A stretch of DNA of 64,000 nt, taken from the NCBI GenBank assembly GCA_013265495.1, contig MU058252.1:2266244-2330243 (forward strand). Reading direction: 5' to 3'. The stretch's first letter is position 1, and every line of letters begins with the position of its first letter. Shown piece after piece: positions 49,075-61,135 of the stretch. This stretch comes from Vicugna vicugna. Lineage: Eukaryota. Both the position numbers and the translations under genes were made by a program. The notes beneath the pieces were generated by a model. The model worked only from the letters and a program-made list of their open reading frames with translations, did not search any database and was not told where the DNA came from.

Positions 49075-49262
49075 CGAGCTCGAAAACTGACTCTGCTTAT
49101 TACCGTTCACTCCTCGTCTGGCCTTGAAAAGTTACTCAGCTCTTTTTTGGGCCTCAGTTTCCTTGTTTATAAAATTAGGGGGGAACTTACAATGTTGCTC
49201 TCATTGGTTTATTGGGAAGATGGAGTTAACACCGTGCAGCACTTAGACAGGGCCCCACACGC
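49075..49262 (+). mobile_element. MIR SINE
   Basis: 'ccttgaaaagttactcagc...gcctcagtttccttgtttataaaattagggg...agcacttagacag'. Confidence 0.7.
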
Positions 49263-51919
49263 CCTGAAGTGGTGCAGTCTTGTCATAAAGTCCTTGTTAC
49301 AAGATCTCACTGTTCTTGGAAGGAAGGGGGACTCCCGTGGACCCTTAGGCAAAGCGTCTTGGGGCTGGAACTGGGGAAGGGGAGGTGGTAAACCCACCGC
49401 GATCACGTAGCCACTGACATTCAGTCATAATCCCACGTGCTGGTAACTTAACGGCCATCCCGACCCACAGGTTAGATTGAGTACTCGGTGATGAGCCCGC
49501 TGCACGGACGGGGTCCCCGGCTTTAGGAGGTCCCCGGAGTTAATCCAGATCCCTCGGGAGGGCCTTGTGCCCCGTCAGCCCCTGCTCCGGCTTTCCTGCA
49601 GCGAACATGGAGGCTTGGCGCAGTCGGTTCTGGGCCACGGTCCCCTCCTGAGAGGAAGACAAACGAGGACGTGCAGTCTGATCCAAGATGAATTCCTGGG
49701 ACCCTGTCATCGCGACAAGAGCAGACACCCACCACGGTGGCTCGGGGACACCCCGGGACTTGACGCCTTAATGTGAAACTAGAAAACAGTGGTTGAAAAA
49801 CTACTTCTCTTGGAGTCCGTTTTATGGCTGAGAACTTGAAATGTGACGCACGGTAAGGGCTCCGTAAATAACGTCTCCCCGCCAGTGGGCAGAGCAGGTC
49901 CGACTGGAAGCCTGTGGAGGTGATCCTGGGGAGCTGGCTGCTAGGGAGGGGACAGAGACACAGGGGCGCTGACTTGAGGATTATTCATGAAGGGACACAC
50001 GAGCGAGCGCTGCCGTGTGAAACTCGGAGTGGGATCGGTGGAACCGTTTAGGACAATGTGGGAAATTGACCAGACACGGATTTGACTGCGGTCATTAAGA
50101 TCAAGCCTTCTCACTGTAAACAGAAGGGTGGACCCCGCTTCTCATGCTTCTCGTACAGGTTCACTGTAAAGCCCCGGACTTCTCATTACTTACCTATTAG
50201 CAATTATGTCGGCAAATTTTCTTCTCACTGAAAACGTTCCAGAAGCCTCTTCAGGCGGGCTCAGGGACAGGTGGATGGGGACCGGGGTGTATGATGGCAT
50301 TAAGGCAGGTGCGCCTTTGGAGTTTCTGTAGCTTTACGAGGTGGGAGAAGTCTCTCCATCACCCCCAGCAAGGGAGGGAGTCGTGAGGGTCCGCAGTGAG
50401 AAGGGTGTTTCACTATTCGGGGGCTCTGTGGTGACGCTGCTTCTCGCAGAACGAGCCAAGGAAGCCAGTGTATTTCTGCTTCTTCCGCTCACTGGGCTCA
50501 TCTAGTCGGTTTCAGGTTGCCCGTCTCCCTCCCTCCCTCTCACACACACACTCACAGACACACACTCACAGACACAGCAAGCACACGGGCAGGCATATCC
50601 AGCCCAACAACTAGCCCAAAGCAACAGGTGCCCCCCCCCCGAACCCAGGGCCTGTCAAGGCCTTCCTCTGAGATGGTCTTCTCGGAGGCAGGAAGGCTGT
50701 TCAGGCTCCCGGACTCTGGCTGGTCCCTGCTGTAGCCTAGCGCTCACCATGCCTGCAGGATTTTCCAGGACCCAACCTGTGATGTGAAGGCGGGGCATGG
50801 GCTGAACGTCAGGGCGCTGAACCTCCCTCTGACGTGGGCAGCCGTCCCCTGAGCGCGCTCCATGATCTCAGCTCGCCAGGTCACACGCCAGAGTCTGCAA
50901 CGCCAGCCTGGACAGAGAGAGAGGGAGAGGATGTGTAAGCTTTCCCAAAATGAAACAGAGCCAGCGTTGTATTCAAGGAGTCCTCGGAGAGTTTTCAACA
51001 AACCCAAGACCCTTCAGGATCAAAATACTCCAGATTACACTCGTGAGCCAGCGAGAGCCGTGGAAAGTATCCTGTATCCTGAAGCACCCAGTGGTCCACC
51101 ATGTTGCCTCAAACATCTTGAGGTTGGCTTGTGGGCATCAGTGGTTCCAAGTCTGCCTGCTGACCACTCACCTCCCCGGGGTCCACACGCAGGAGGTGTA
51201 ACTTAGTGCGTCAGGAAGACCCCGTCACATCTCTGGGCCCCTGACCTGCTGTCTGAGTCAGTGTCACTCAGAGCTCAGTGCCTTCCACGCACTGGTGTTT
51301 ACAAAGCAGGGCCTTCGAAGGAGGCAGACATCAAAATACTTCGCACCTAGGGAAATGCTGCAGGAAGATCTCCGGCGGACCCAGCGCAGCTGAGAGGCCA
51401 GAGGTAAATCTCAGCGAAGCCAGGCCAAGTGAGGAGGGGAAAGCTGTGTGCGATTTTGGAGAAGCTCCCAGGAGCTTTGAAAGCCGTGCTCTTCACAGTG
51501 AGCTTACCCCACATGTCCTTTTATGGCCTGATTCTAGTTCAGCATTGAAAAGTTGGAGCACGTCTGAGTGTTCAGAATAATCAGCAGCTCCTGGCATTTT
51601 TCCTGGTCTTTATGGCTCCAGGACTGGCCTGGTCTCACGTTCATCAAGTTCAAATGACATCTGTTGACCAGTAAGATGTAAAATTTCACTTAAAAATGCA
51701 ATGATGAAGAATCTAATTTAACCTAATTCTTTTAACATCGGTAAATGTGTATATATTTAACTGTCAGCTTTGCAGTTCCTTTGAAATAAGATTGGATTCC
51801 TGTTAACAGAGGTGAAGGGGAAGCCATGCAGGAGCTTTTTTCCAAGCGGTCTTTTTTTAAATGTCTCCTTGTGCAGGAAAGAGTTCTTGGTCAAAATGTT
51901 TGGGAAACATTGAATTCTT

Positions 51920-52774
51920 TTTTTTTTAAATTAAAGTCTAGTTGATTTACAATATTGTGTTAGTTTCTGGTGTACAGCATAGTGATTCAGGTATACATAT
52001 ATATTTATCTTCTTTTTCAGATTCTTTTCCATTATGGGTTATTATAAGATACTGAATATAGTGCTATACAGTAGAATCTTATTGTATATTTTATATATGA
52101 TAGTGTTAATCCCACACTCCTAATTTATCAGCCCCTGCCCTGGCTTTCCCCTTTGGTAACCATAGTTTGTTTTCTATGTCTTTGAGTCTGTTTCTGTTTT
52201 GTAAATAATTTCACTTGTATCATTTTTTTAGATTCCGCAGATAAGTGATGTCATGTAATATTTATCTTTCTCTTTCTGACTTACTTCACTTAGTATGACA
52301 ATCTCCAGGTTCATCCATGTTGTTGCAAATGGCATTATTTCATTCTTTTTTATGACTGAGTAGTATTCCATTGTATAAATAGACCACAACTTCTTTATCC
52401 AGTCATCTGTTGTTGGACATGTCTTGGCTGTTGTAAATAGTGCTGCTATGAACATTGGGGAGCATGTATCTTTTCAAATTATAGTTTCCTCCAGGTATAT
52501 GCCCAGGAGTGGGATTGCTGGATCATGTGGTAACTCTATTTTCAGTTCTTTAAGGAACCTCCATGCTGTTTTCCATAGTGGCTGCACCAAATTACATTCC
52601 TACCAACAGTGTGGGTTCCCTTTTCTCCACACCCTCTCTGGCCATTATTTGTAGACTTTTTGATGACGGCCATTCTGACCGGCGTGAGGTGATACCTCAT
52701 TGTAGTTTTGATGTGCATTTCTCTGATGATTAGTGATGTTGAGCATCTTTTTGTGTGCCTGTTGGCCATCTGTA
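51920..52774 (-). mobile_element. 5'-truncated L1 (ORF2 C-terminus and 3' UTR) with 15-bp TSD
   Basis: ORF remnants [34 protein letters not shown] (52542-52769) and [11 protein letters not shown]...[22 protein letters not shown] (52228-52455). TSD aaacattgaattctt (51905-51919) / aaacactgaattctt (52775-52789). Confidence 0.95.
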
Positions 52775-53011
52775 AAACACTGAATTCTTAAAGGTCGTCT
52801 TAGTCTTATTTGCTATAAATAAGGGCTTCACAATGAATGTGAGCTCAGTAAGTAGACGTATTTATGAAGATTCCTCCTTGTTTCTGTCAGTTGGTGGAAT
52901 TGCAGGATTCTGGGGGCAGACCATGTGTCTCCCTCCCTCTTCAGCAGCAGGAGTAACCTCTTCTGGTTACTTTACATCACATCCAGGTTGCAAGGTCAAC
53001 TTTTCTCTGAC

Positions 53012-53435
53012 TCTGTTCCTTTTCCCTGGGCCACCACAAACCACCAGGTGGCTTAGACCAGCAGAGACTTATTGAATCAATCTGGAGGCCTGAAGTCTAA
53101 GATCAAGGTGTCAGTAGGGGCTCCCTCCTCTGAAACCTGTAGGGGAGGATCCTTCCTCGCCTCTTCCAGCTTCTGGGGGCCCCGGGCGACCTGGCTTGTG
53201 GCTGCACCTCTTTAATCTCTGCGTCCTTGTCACATGACTGTCTTCTCTCTGTGTCCCTTTCTTTCTTCTTAGGACGTCAGTCATATTGGATCTAGGGCCA
53301 CTCCACCCCAGCACAGCTTCGTCTTGACTGATCACATCTGTGACAAACCTAGTTTTAAATGGGGCCACAGTGTGAAATCCTGGCCGTTAGGACAGTGTGT
53401 TTTTTTGTGGGGAAAAACCAATTCAATTCCTAACA
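53012..53435 (-). mobile_element. MaLR solo LTR (MLT1B/C-like) with 5-bp TSD
   Basis: 'tctggaggcctgaagtctaagatcaaggtgtcag', 'atccttcctcgcctcttccagcttctg', 'aattcaattcctaaca'. TSD ctgac at 53007-53011 and 53436-53440. Confidence 0.85.
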
Positions 53436-53934
53436 CTGACTCACGTGATATTTTCCTCAAAGCCGGTATCTTTTTGGTTATTTTAAGCTATTTGGGGGGT
53501 TACTGCCTGTCTTGTTGGATTTTAAGGAACAGTGTATTTGTCACTCAGTTTGACTCGTCTGCTCTGGGTCATGGATCCACTGTTCGATCATTATTGCCGG
53601 TTTATTGGTGCTTACTGCTTGGGGTGACTCTTCCTTTTGGGGAAGCAGTTGAGGGAGGAAGAGAGGAAGCTGACGTTGATGTGAATAGTCTGGGAAGCTG
53701 AAGTGATAAGACGCTGAAGGGTCGTGCAGTGTGCTTTGGGGGATGTATGGTCAAGCAGGGTCACACGACAGCTGGATGCATTACATGGGAAAGCGGTTCA
53801 TCTCGGGCTGGTTAGTGCCACCGGACTCCAGAGAATGGCGGCAGGACAGTCCAAACCCAGAGGTGCCTAAACTTTTCTCTTTTCTGCGGATGACGGCTCA
53901 CTTCACTCCGCAAATCCACAAGGATTTATTTCCC

Positions 53935-54007
53935 TTTGTAGTGTAGTACAGTTGATTCACAGCGCCGTGTTAGTTTCTGGGGTGCAGCACAGTGATGCAG
54001 TTATATA
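53935..54007 (-). mobile_element. Very short L1 3'-end fragment
   Basis: 'agtacagttgattcacagcgccgtgttagtttctggggtgcagcacagtgatgcag' matches 51935-51990. Confidence 0.6.
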
Positions 54008-56014
54008 AAGACTTCTGATCGGGCCTGCCCTAGGGTGCTGCATGCCCTCTTGGTCTGGGAGCCAAGGCGTGGCTACTTCTGTGATTGTGAAACCCCAGGA
54101 CATACACACCTGTGCCTGTCATCCTGTTCCAAGAGCCGGCCAGCGAGCCTCGGGCAGGGTCGCTGCTGGCAGAAGACGCTTGGCTTTATTTGTAGTCCTA
54201 ATTTCTTTCTTCCTGCCCAAAATAGATTGCAAACATGAGTAGCGGGGAAAGTAGACAATAAAAGGTGAGAGTCAGCAGACTGCAAGTAGAAAACCCTGTG
54301 TGTTCTGTGCCGTCAGAACACGGTGTCTGGAGCCGGATGCTCTGAGGCGTCCTGAGACCTCATGGATGCTGAGAACCAGGGGTGACGTCCTTGGGGACCA
54401 TGTTGTTGGCCTCGTGACTTCTCCTCCTGCACCTCAAGCCTGGGGCACGGGCTCCCGGGAGGCAGAGGAGGGCAGGGCAGGTGGGTGCTGACCACTCATG
54501 TGAGCGGTGGAGGTCCCTAGGAAGCCATTCCTAACCTACCTGGTCCAAACTTGCATTCGGAGGAGTGGCGGGTGATGTCAGACGCTACCCCTGGTTTAGC
54601 CCGGATGCAGCGCTGAAGCAGGGGGGACTCCGGTGAGGACCACCATGAGAGGAGGCTCTCGGAGCTGCAGGGAGATGCTGTGTCTGCTCCCACCGGCCCG
54701 CGCATGCCCCCCCATGGCCCTGCCCCTGTGTCACTGCCGTCCTGTGCCAGCGATGGCAGTGTCCCCGTCGGCGTTCTCAGCGTGGCAGATACGCGGTTGC
54801 AGGGAGCTTTGCTGAACTACACTTCGCTCTCTTTCCTTGCGTCCTGGGTGGCAGCTCAGACTGCACTTTCGGCAGAATCTTTAGGGAAGGGAACCTCATT
54901 GTATGGCCTCTCTCCTTCAAAGCCGCCCTAATCCCCACCTGGGGTTAGCGTCACGGTGACAGGCTCCCGGAAGGCACAGCTGTGGGAGCCCTTATCACAC
55001 CCCAGGGGAAAGTGCCAGTTTTTCTCTCTTTTCTGTGGGAATCCAAGCTTCTGGAGGTCAGGGGCCCAGCCTCGAGCTCCAGGCCTCTTCGGGGTCCAGC
55101 CCTGCGCCGGTGATGTGGTCGTGACTCAAGATTCGTGTTCCCTGCCCTGCCTGTCATGCTGTGTATCGATTAGCGCACCAGCAAGGAGTCCGGGATGGGC
55201 AAGGAGGACCTAAAGGGCGGATTCCCGAGGCCGGACGTGAGGAAGAGGCAGGAAGCCCTCCAGCAGCCTCGTCCACGGGCGCCCTGCCGCGGAGATTCCT
55301 CCATTATTTATAATTTCCTTCCCAGTACCCCCAGCATGCTGTGCCCACTTGAAAAGAAATGGTTATTTTTCAGATGTGTCCTTTGCAGAAGCAGCAGCCT
55401 CACCTCCCTCGGGGTTTCCGTTTCCTTCCCGGGCGGCGGGTAGGATCCCTGTTTGAGACGGATGATCCCAGGGGAGGGTTCAGCTGGGAAGGAAGGAAAC
55501 TCAAATGTCACAAGCCGCTCAGAGCGGTGCTGCCTCTGCAATCCGTCAAGCGACTTAGTGCCCACTCAAGGGACGTTTCGCTGCCACAGGCCTGCTTTCC
55601 AAGACAACTTATTCCTGCCCTTGGTGGCACCTCGAGTTGCATCTCTGTGCCCTGGCTCAGAGTTGGCACCCTTCCCGGGCAGCCCCCTGCCCGACACCTC
55701 CTTCTCTGGGCTCTGCATGTCTCCTGCCTGACCCCTGACCCTTCCTCCCACAACCCGTGCTCTGTCCTGTCTCCATGCCTCGGTACTCAGGCTCATGCAC
55801 TGTCCCTCTGCTCCTTCCAGTTTCTGAAAGATGCCAGGTCATCCTCTGAGGTCATCTTAAGTGTCACACTCTGTGGAGGTGGGGGTAGGACCATCTGAGG
55901 TTCCCTCCTCTCTGCTTCAAGGACACCGCTCCACGCAAAAGCACAGAACAGCAAGTGTCCTCACCTGGGTGATTTCTTCACACATCCAGCACTGCTACTA
56001 GGTCAGAGCACTCT

Positions 56015-56287
56015 TTCTTTTTTATGGCTGAGTAGTATTCCATCACATATATATATACCACAACTTCTTTGTCCAGTCATCTGTTGGTGGACATTTAGGT
56101 TGCTTCCATATCTTGGCTGTTGTAAACAGTGCTGCTGTGAACACTGCGGTGCATGTATCTTTTTCAATTAGAGCTTCCTCTGGGTTTATGGCCAAGACTG
56201 GGATTGCTGGAGCATAGAGTAAGTCTTTTTTTAGTTTTTTTTAAGGAACCTCCATACTGTTTTCCATAGTGGTTGCACCAAATTACA
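56015..56287 (-). mobile_element. L1 ORF2 C-terminal fragment without 3' UTR or tail
   Basis: Collinear with 52343-52596 of the longer L1. Confidence 0.9.
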
Positions 56288-56502
56288 CTGGGACTGGCAA
56301 ACCTTTTATAGAAGGAGCCAGATGATACTTCTGGCTTTATGGGCCATTCGGTCTCTACCACAACTGCTCAGCTCTACACAGTGGGAAAGCAGCCACAGAC
56401 AATATGTAGACAGACAGACATGACTGTGTGCCAGTAAAACTTTATGGACCAAAAACAGTCAAGGGCCAGGGTTTATCCCTTGGAAGTAGTTTGCAGACTC
56501 CT
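56288..56502. mobile_element. MER58-type hAT-Charlie MITE
   Basis: 'tggcaaacctttt...gccagat...aaagcagccacagacaatatgta...ctgtgtgccagtaaaactttat...gtagtttgcagactcct'. Confidence 0.75.
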
Positions 56503-59500
56503 CACTTAGAGGAATGAGAACTGTGAAATGGGGGACCAACACAGAAGTGGGGGGACATCTGTCTATAGACCAAAGATGAGTTTTGGGGTGGCTCCCGGGT
56601 CAGACTGGTGACCCGGACAGTAAAGAAGCTCACAGGGATGGATGTGTAATAGCCGGAGGCTGGTCGGCCCGGACGCTGCTTTGCCGGGGGCTGCGGGAGG
56701 GGCGGTGTCCCTTTCGTGTCACGTGAGCAGGAGGCCAGCGTGAAGCTGTAACACAGAACTTGCTGGGAGCAGCTGCGTCAGGGGGCAAAAGCAGCCTGTC
56801 CAGGGGAGACCCCGGCTCGGATCCCAGAGCAGAGTGTCCAGGAGGAAAGAGAAGGACCTAGAGGAAGCAGAAGGCCCGGGGAGAGGGGCTCTGTTTCAGG
56901 AAAAACTCCGAACTTTGCCATGACCAGCCGCTCGTCGGAGCCTGGGCTGGAGCTGACGAGGTGGCCCCGGCGGAATAAACAGACTGTGCTCTGTGCGCTG
57001 GAGCTCAGTCTTAGGGAAATCAGAGTTTTGTTTTATTTCTGTCGCTCGTGTGTGGCATCAGCTTTAAGAGACGGGGGAGGGGGAGATGCGCCACTGAGGG
57101 CGTTGCTTTTCCAGGGGCGGTTAATCCAGTGCCAGTAAGGCGACTGTCACGCCTGTTTCAGTAACGAGCCAGGAGTGTTCCCCGGGCTACGTTCAAAAGC
57201 TCTGTGAGGACAGACACGCAGAGGCGTGGCCGGGCGTCCCGGGCTTGCCGGGCCACGCCGCCAGGTTGAGGACCAGACGCGTTTTCCATCATCTCCGCTT
57301 TAAAGTCTCCCTGGCCTGTCACAGGCCAGCTTGTGTCTTCCTCCCTCTGGGGCCTCCTGAGTTTCACCTGGCCTTCTGTTGTGACAAGGACGTTTGAAGG
57401 CTGTGGTGCACCGAGCTCTTAGTTTTCACGTGGCTGGGTTCCACCTTCCCTGGCTCTGCGTGGTTAGCGCCTGCATCTCAAATCCTGTCGACCTCTCTGT
57501 GCCTGGACCAGGGCGGGGCCCCTCGCTAACGCTCTGGGGTGCACCTGTGGAGCTGGGTGACGGTGGAGCTGAGGGAGCACTGTCTTTGGGGGCCGGTGAT
57601 CCAGTCTGGCCCCCTGGGTGACTGCTGCTGCCACCCGCCCCGTTCAGAGGCCCCGTGTGCCCCTCTCGTGGTGGGGGGCTCCTAGCCCGGCCACGCGCGT
57701 CTCCCGCAGCCATCTCCCCTACCCGCTGCATGTTCTCATCGCAGCACTCCTGTTTCACCTCTGGTGACCCCTTAGCAAGCTGGGCCGCATGAAGGCCCCC
57801 AAACCCACTCCGTCTCTTCCTGCCTCTATCATGCGCTCTTTCGTTCATCGCCCTGTGGGCTCACTCCCGTTCAGTTGTGAGGGGCAGACGCAGCCCAGAG
57901 TGACGCACACCAAGCAGCAACAAGCTGTGCGGCAGGCCACCAGCACCGCTGCCGCGCAGGCAGCCTGTCACTGCTTCAGGGCCCAGGACCAGGGGAGTCA
58001 GGACCCCGGCCACAGCTGGAGCCAGGGGTTCCCAGGGCTCGATCTCCCAGCTCACAGGCCTGCTCCCCCCTGTGTCAGCGTTCACCCGGGGCTGACGGCG
58101 GAGGTTTAGTTCATAATAGGAGAGGCGGTCAGAGGCGCGCTCTCTCCTGGTGACTACCTGTGAGGTCCCTGCACGGGGTCTGGTGGACGGAGCCCTGGTC
58201 ACGGGCCCCAGGAGCTGGGACTGGGTCACGCTGTAGACAGCAGGGGGCCTGGCCGGGGTGGACCTCCTTCAGGACAAACAGTTCTCCAGAACGTCTCGCC
58301 TCCATGGATGCCGTCTCATTACAATGTCTTGCTCTCAAAATCCCCCATCCTCTCAGGTCCTGCTCTAGAGCTGTCGGCTCCACGTAGATGATCCACTGGC
58401 CTGTCTTGAGTCCCGAATGTGTGATGGTTCCTGTGTCTGGGTCCCCCCAGCTCCGTGAGGACCGGGTCACACTCACTCTCCTACCGTTTTGCCTCCAGCC
58501 ACAGCTCCTGTGTGAGGTGTCAGCTGTGAGGGCGGTCACCACTGCCACTTAACAACCAACGCCAGCTAAGGCGGCCATGAATTAGAATAAAGAAGGGGAG
58601 AAAGGCTGAGAGGGCACTGGGGGGGGGGGGGGGCCCTAGAATGAAAGCAAAATACAGAGTTCCCAGAGACCCATCCCCGTGACATTCCCTGAGTGAGGAG
58701 AAGCCACTCGCGAGCCCTCCACGGTCCTCGCTGCCGCGGGAAGCCCAGGGCGGGCCCCGCTGTGCACCAGGAATCAGACGGCCGCGCTCCGGCCCCAGCA
58801 CCCTCTCCAGACTCAGCTCCGCAAGCGTGTCAGCGCTGGAGGCGGGAGGAGAAAGGGTGTGAATTAGGACCAGGTCAACGGGGCAAAGAGAGTAAACCTG
58901 CCTGCCACCCTCAGCCCCTGCCCTGCTGCCCGGGACGTCAGGTGGGGCGGAGTCCCAGGTGGGGCCGGTCCCGCTCAGGGCGCGGCAGGAGCCGGGCGCC
59001 GAGGCCCTCTCCTGAGCCGCTTCCCGTGACGCCTGTGCAGGTGCTTCGGAGCCAGGGTGTGCGTCCTCCGGCGCATCCCCTCCGTGTCCCGCGGGAACGC
59101 TGAGGCCCTCATCCTCTTCTGAACCTCATCTTAGTGTTTCCCTAGTTACTGAGACGTGTGTCAGCCATAAGGGGGCCCCCGTGTCCTGGCCTCGGCCTCG
59201 GAGCAGAGCCCTCTGCTGGTCTGTTCTGGGGCCAGGGTGCACGTTCGTGTCCGATGCCCTGATGGGCGCTGACCTGGCCCAGGAGAGCTGGACTCTCAGC
59301 TGGAAAGAGGCGGGGGCAGCTCAGGAGACGGGGTGGGGGTCCTTGAGCGAGTCCCTGGAGGATGTTAGAGCTGGCCTCCACAGAGGCAAGGGTGGGAGCA
59401 AAGAAAGTGAGCGTCGTGTGCCCAGGGTGTGGAAACCTGCCCGAGCTGGGCAGGTAATAAATGCACAGCAGAAATTGTGCGGGAGAGAGTCCATCTATTC

Positions 59501-60139
59501 ATGTAACGGACTTTCACTGAATACGGCTGCAGCTCAGCGCGGCGCTGATGCCCTGGGATGCACACGTGCGTGGGCGCCTCCTTCTGGTGGACCTGCTGGC
59601 GGGACACGCACGTGAGCGGTCGGGCATCCCCCCGGGCAGCCTCAAGCAGCACCTTCCCGTGGCGCGTGCTGTGTTGGTGGAAGTCGTGTACACCTGTGCT
59701 GCCCAGGCCAGGAGCTGGTGGCCCCTGGCCGTGAGCTCGTGCCCCTGGATTTTACATTTTACGTAATTGTTAATGCTTTTAAGTTTTAATAGCACAGTGG
59801 CTGGTGGCCACCCTGTTTGGCAGCACAGGTCTGTGGGGTCAGGACCGAGAAATTTGCATTCAGGTGAACAACAGGGAGATGTGCTGGTGTATTCACTTGC
59901 TTGAAAACCCCCATGTTTATCTCTCTACAAGTAGAAGGAACTCAGAACGTGGCACTCTCGCAGGAAGACGGTCCTTGCCGTCAAGCTGAACACGTCACCT
60001 TACCTTGTAATTATCTGATGGAGTATGCGAAGACCCTACGGGGGCAAGAGGAGAGACACTTAACTCCCTCTCAAGGGTCTCGGGGAGAGTTTCCTGGGAG
60101 ACACGAGTGCTTATGATGGTTCTTGATGGATTAATAAGA

Positions 60140-60760
60140 GATCACCCCAGGGAGAAGGAGGAAGATATTTCAGGCTGAGGGAACACCCCCTTCAAAAGCC
60201 CGGCGACACGCAGGGAGCTCCCAGCATTCAAGTGCTTAGGGGAGCCTGTAGCGTCGTGTCTGTGGGACAAAGACCAGCGCAGAGATGGGTGGGGTGTCGT
60301 GCGGTCCTGCCTGGAGCTCAGAGCTTAGATGATCTTTTTCAAGGTGATGGGAAGTCATGGGAAATTTTGCAGTAGACACATGGCCAAGTCCTCTTCAGGT
60401 TTTTTTGTTCGTTTTAATTATTCTTAGTTCAGCCTGGAGAATGGACCAAGCATGTTTGGTTGAGGGAGAGAGGACGTTTGGGGAGAAACAGCCACGAGAT
60501 CTGGCCAAGGCGGCTGCAGCTGCCTCCTGCAGAGGTGACAGAGCCGAGCAGCGGGGGGGGGGGGGGGGGGGGGGTGGAGACACATGCAGGTTGCCTCTGG
60601 TTGTGACATTGCATGGGTTTCTATTTTTCCATTTCCATTTCAGTATTTTCCGAATAGCAGAAGGGACACTGGAAAGATGGGGAAAAGTGTAAGAGATTTT
60701 TAAGAGATGAAGTGCAACTGCCAGGACTTGGTGATGGATCAGGTGTGAAAGGTGAGGTTG
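60140..60760 (-). mobile_element. Degenerate L2 fragment (host of the MaLR LTR that follows)
   Basis: 'tttcaggctgagggaacac', 'gtgatgggaagtcatgggaaattttg', 'caggacttggtgatggat'. Confidence 0.5.
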
Positions 60761-60765
60761 GTCAG

Positions 60766-61135
60766 CGTTATGGACTGAATGCTTGGGTCCCCCCCCAGAT
60801 TTATGGGTTGGAGCCCTACCCCCTCCCATGTGCTGGCATTTGGAGATGGGCCGTCGGGGGCAGTCAGGGTTCGATGAGGCCATGAGGGTGGGGCCCTCAT
60901 GACAAGATTGGTGCCCTGATAGGAAGAGACACCAGAGAGCAGTGGTTGTGCCCTCTGCCTCTCAAGGGCACTGGAAGGAGGAGGCGGTCTGCAAGCCAGG
61001 AGGAGGCTTCCCACCAGACCCCAACCCTGCTGGTACCCAGATCTTGGACTTCCAGCCTCCAGAACTGTGAGGAAGTTCTGTTCAAGCCGCTCGGTCTGTG
61101 CCATTTTGTGACAGCAGTGTCAGTGCACTGATACC
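60766..61135 (+). mobile_element. Full-length MaLR solo LTR (MLT1A-like) with 5-bp TSD
   Basis: Starts 'cgttatggactgaat'; contains 'catgagggtggggccctcatga' and 'gatcttggacttccagcctccagaactgtgag'. TSD gtcag at 60761-60765 and 61136-61140. Confidence 0.9.

Noticed and set aside
52228..52769. ORFs with clear protein similarity
   Set aside because: Frameshifted L1 ORF2 remnants, not host genes.
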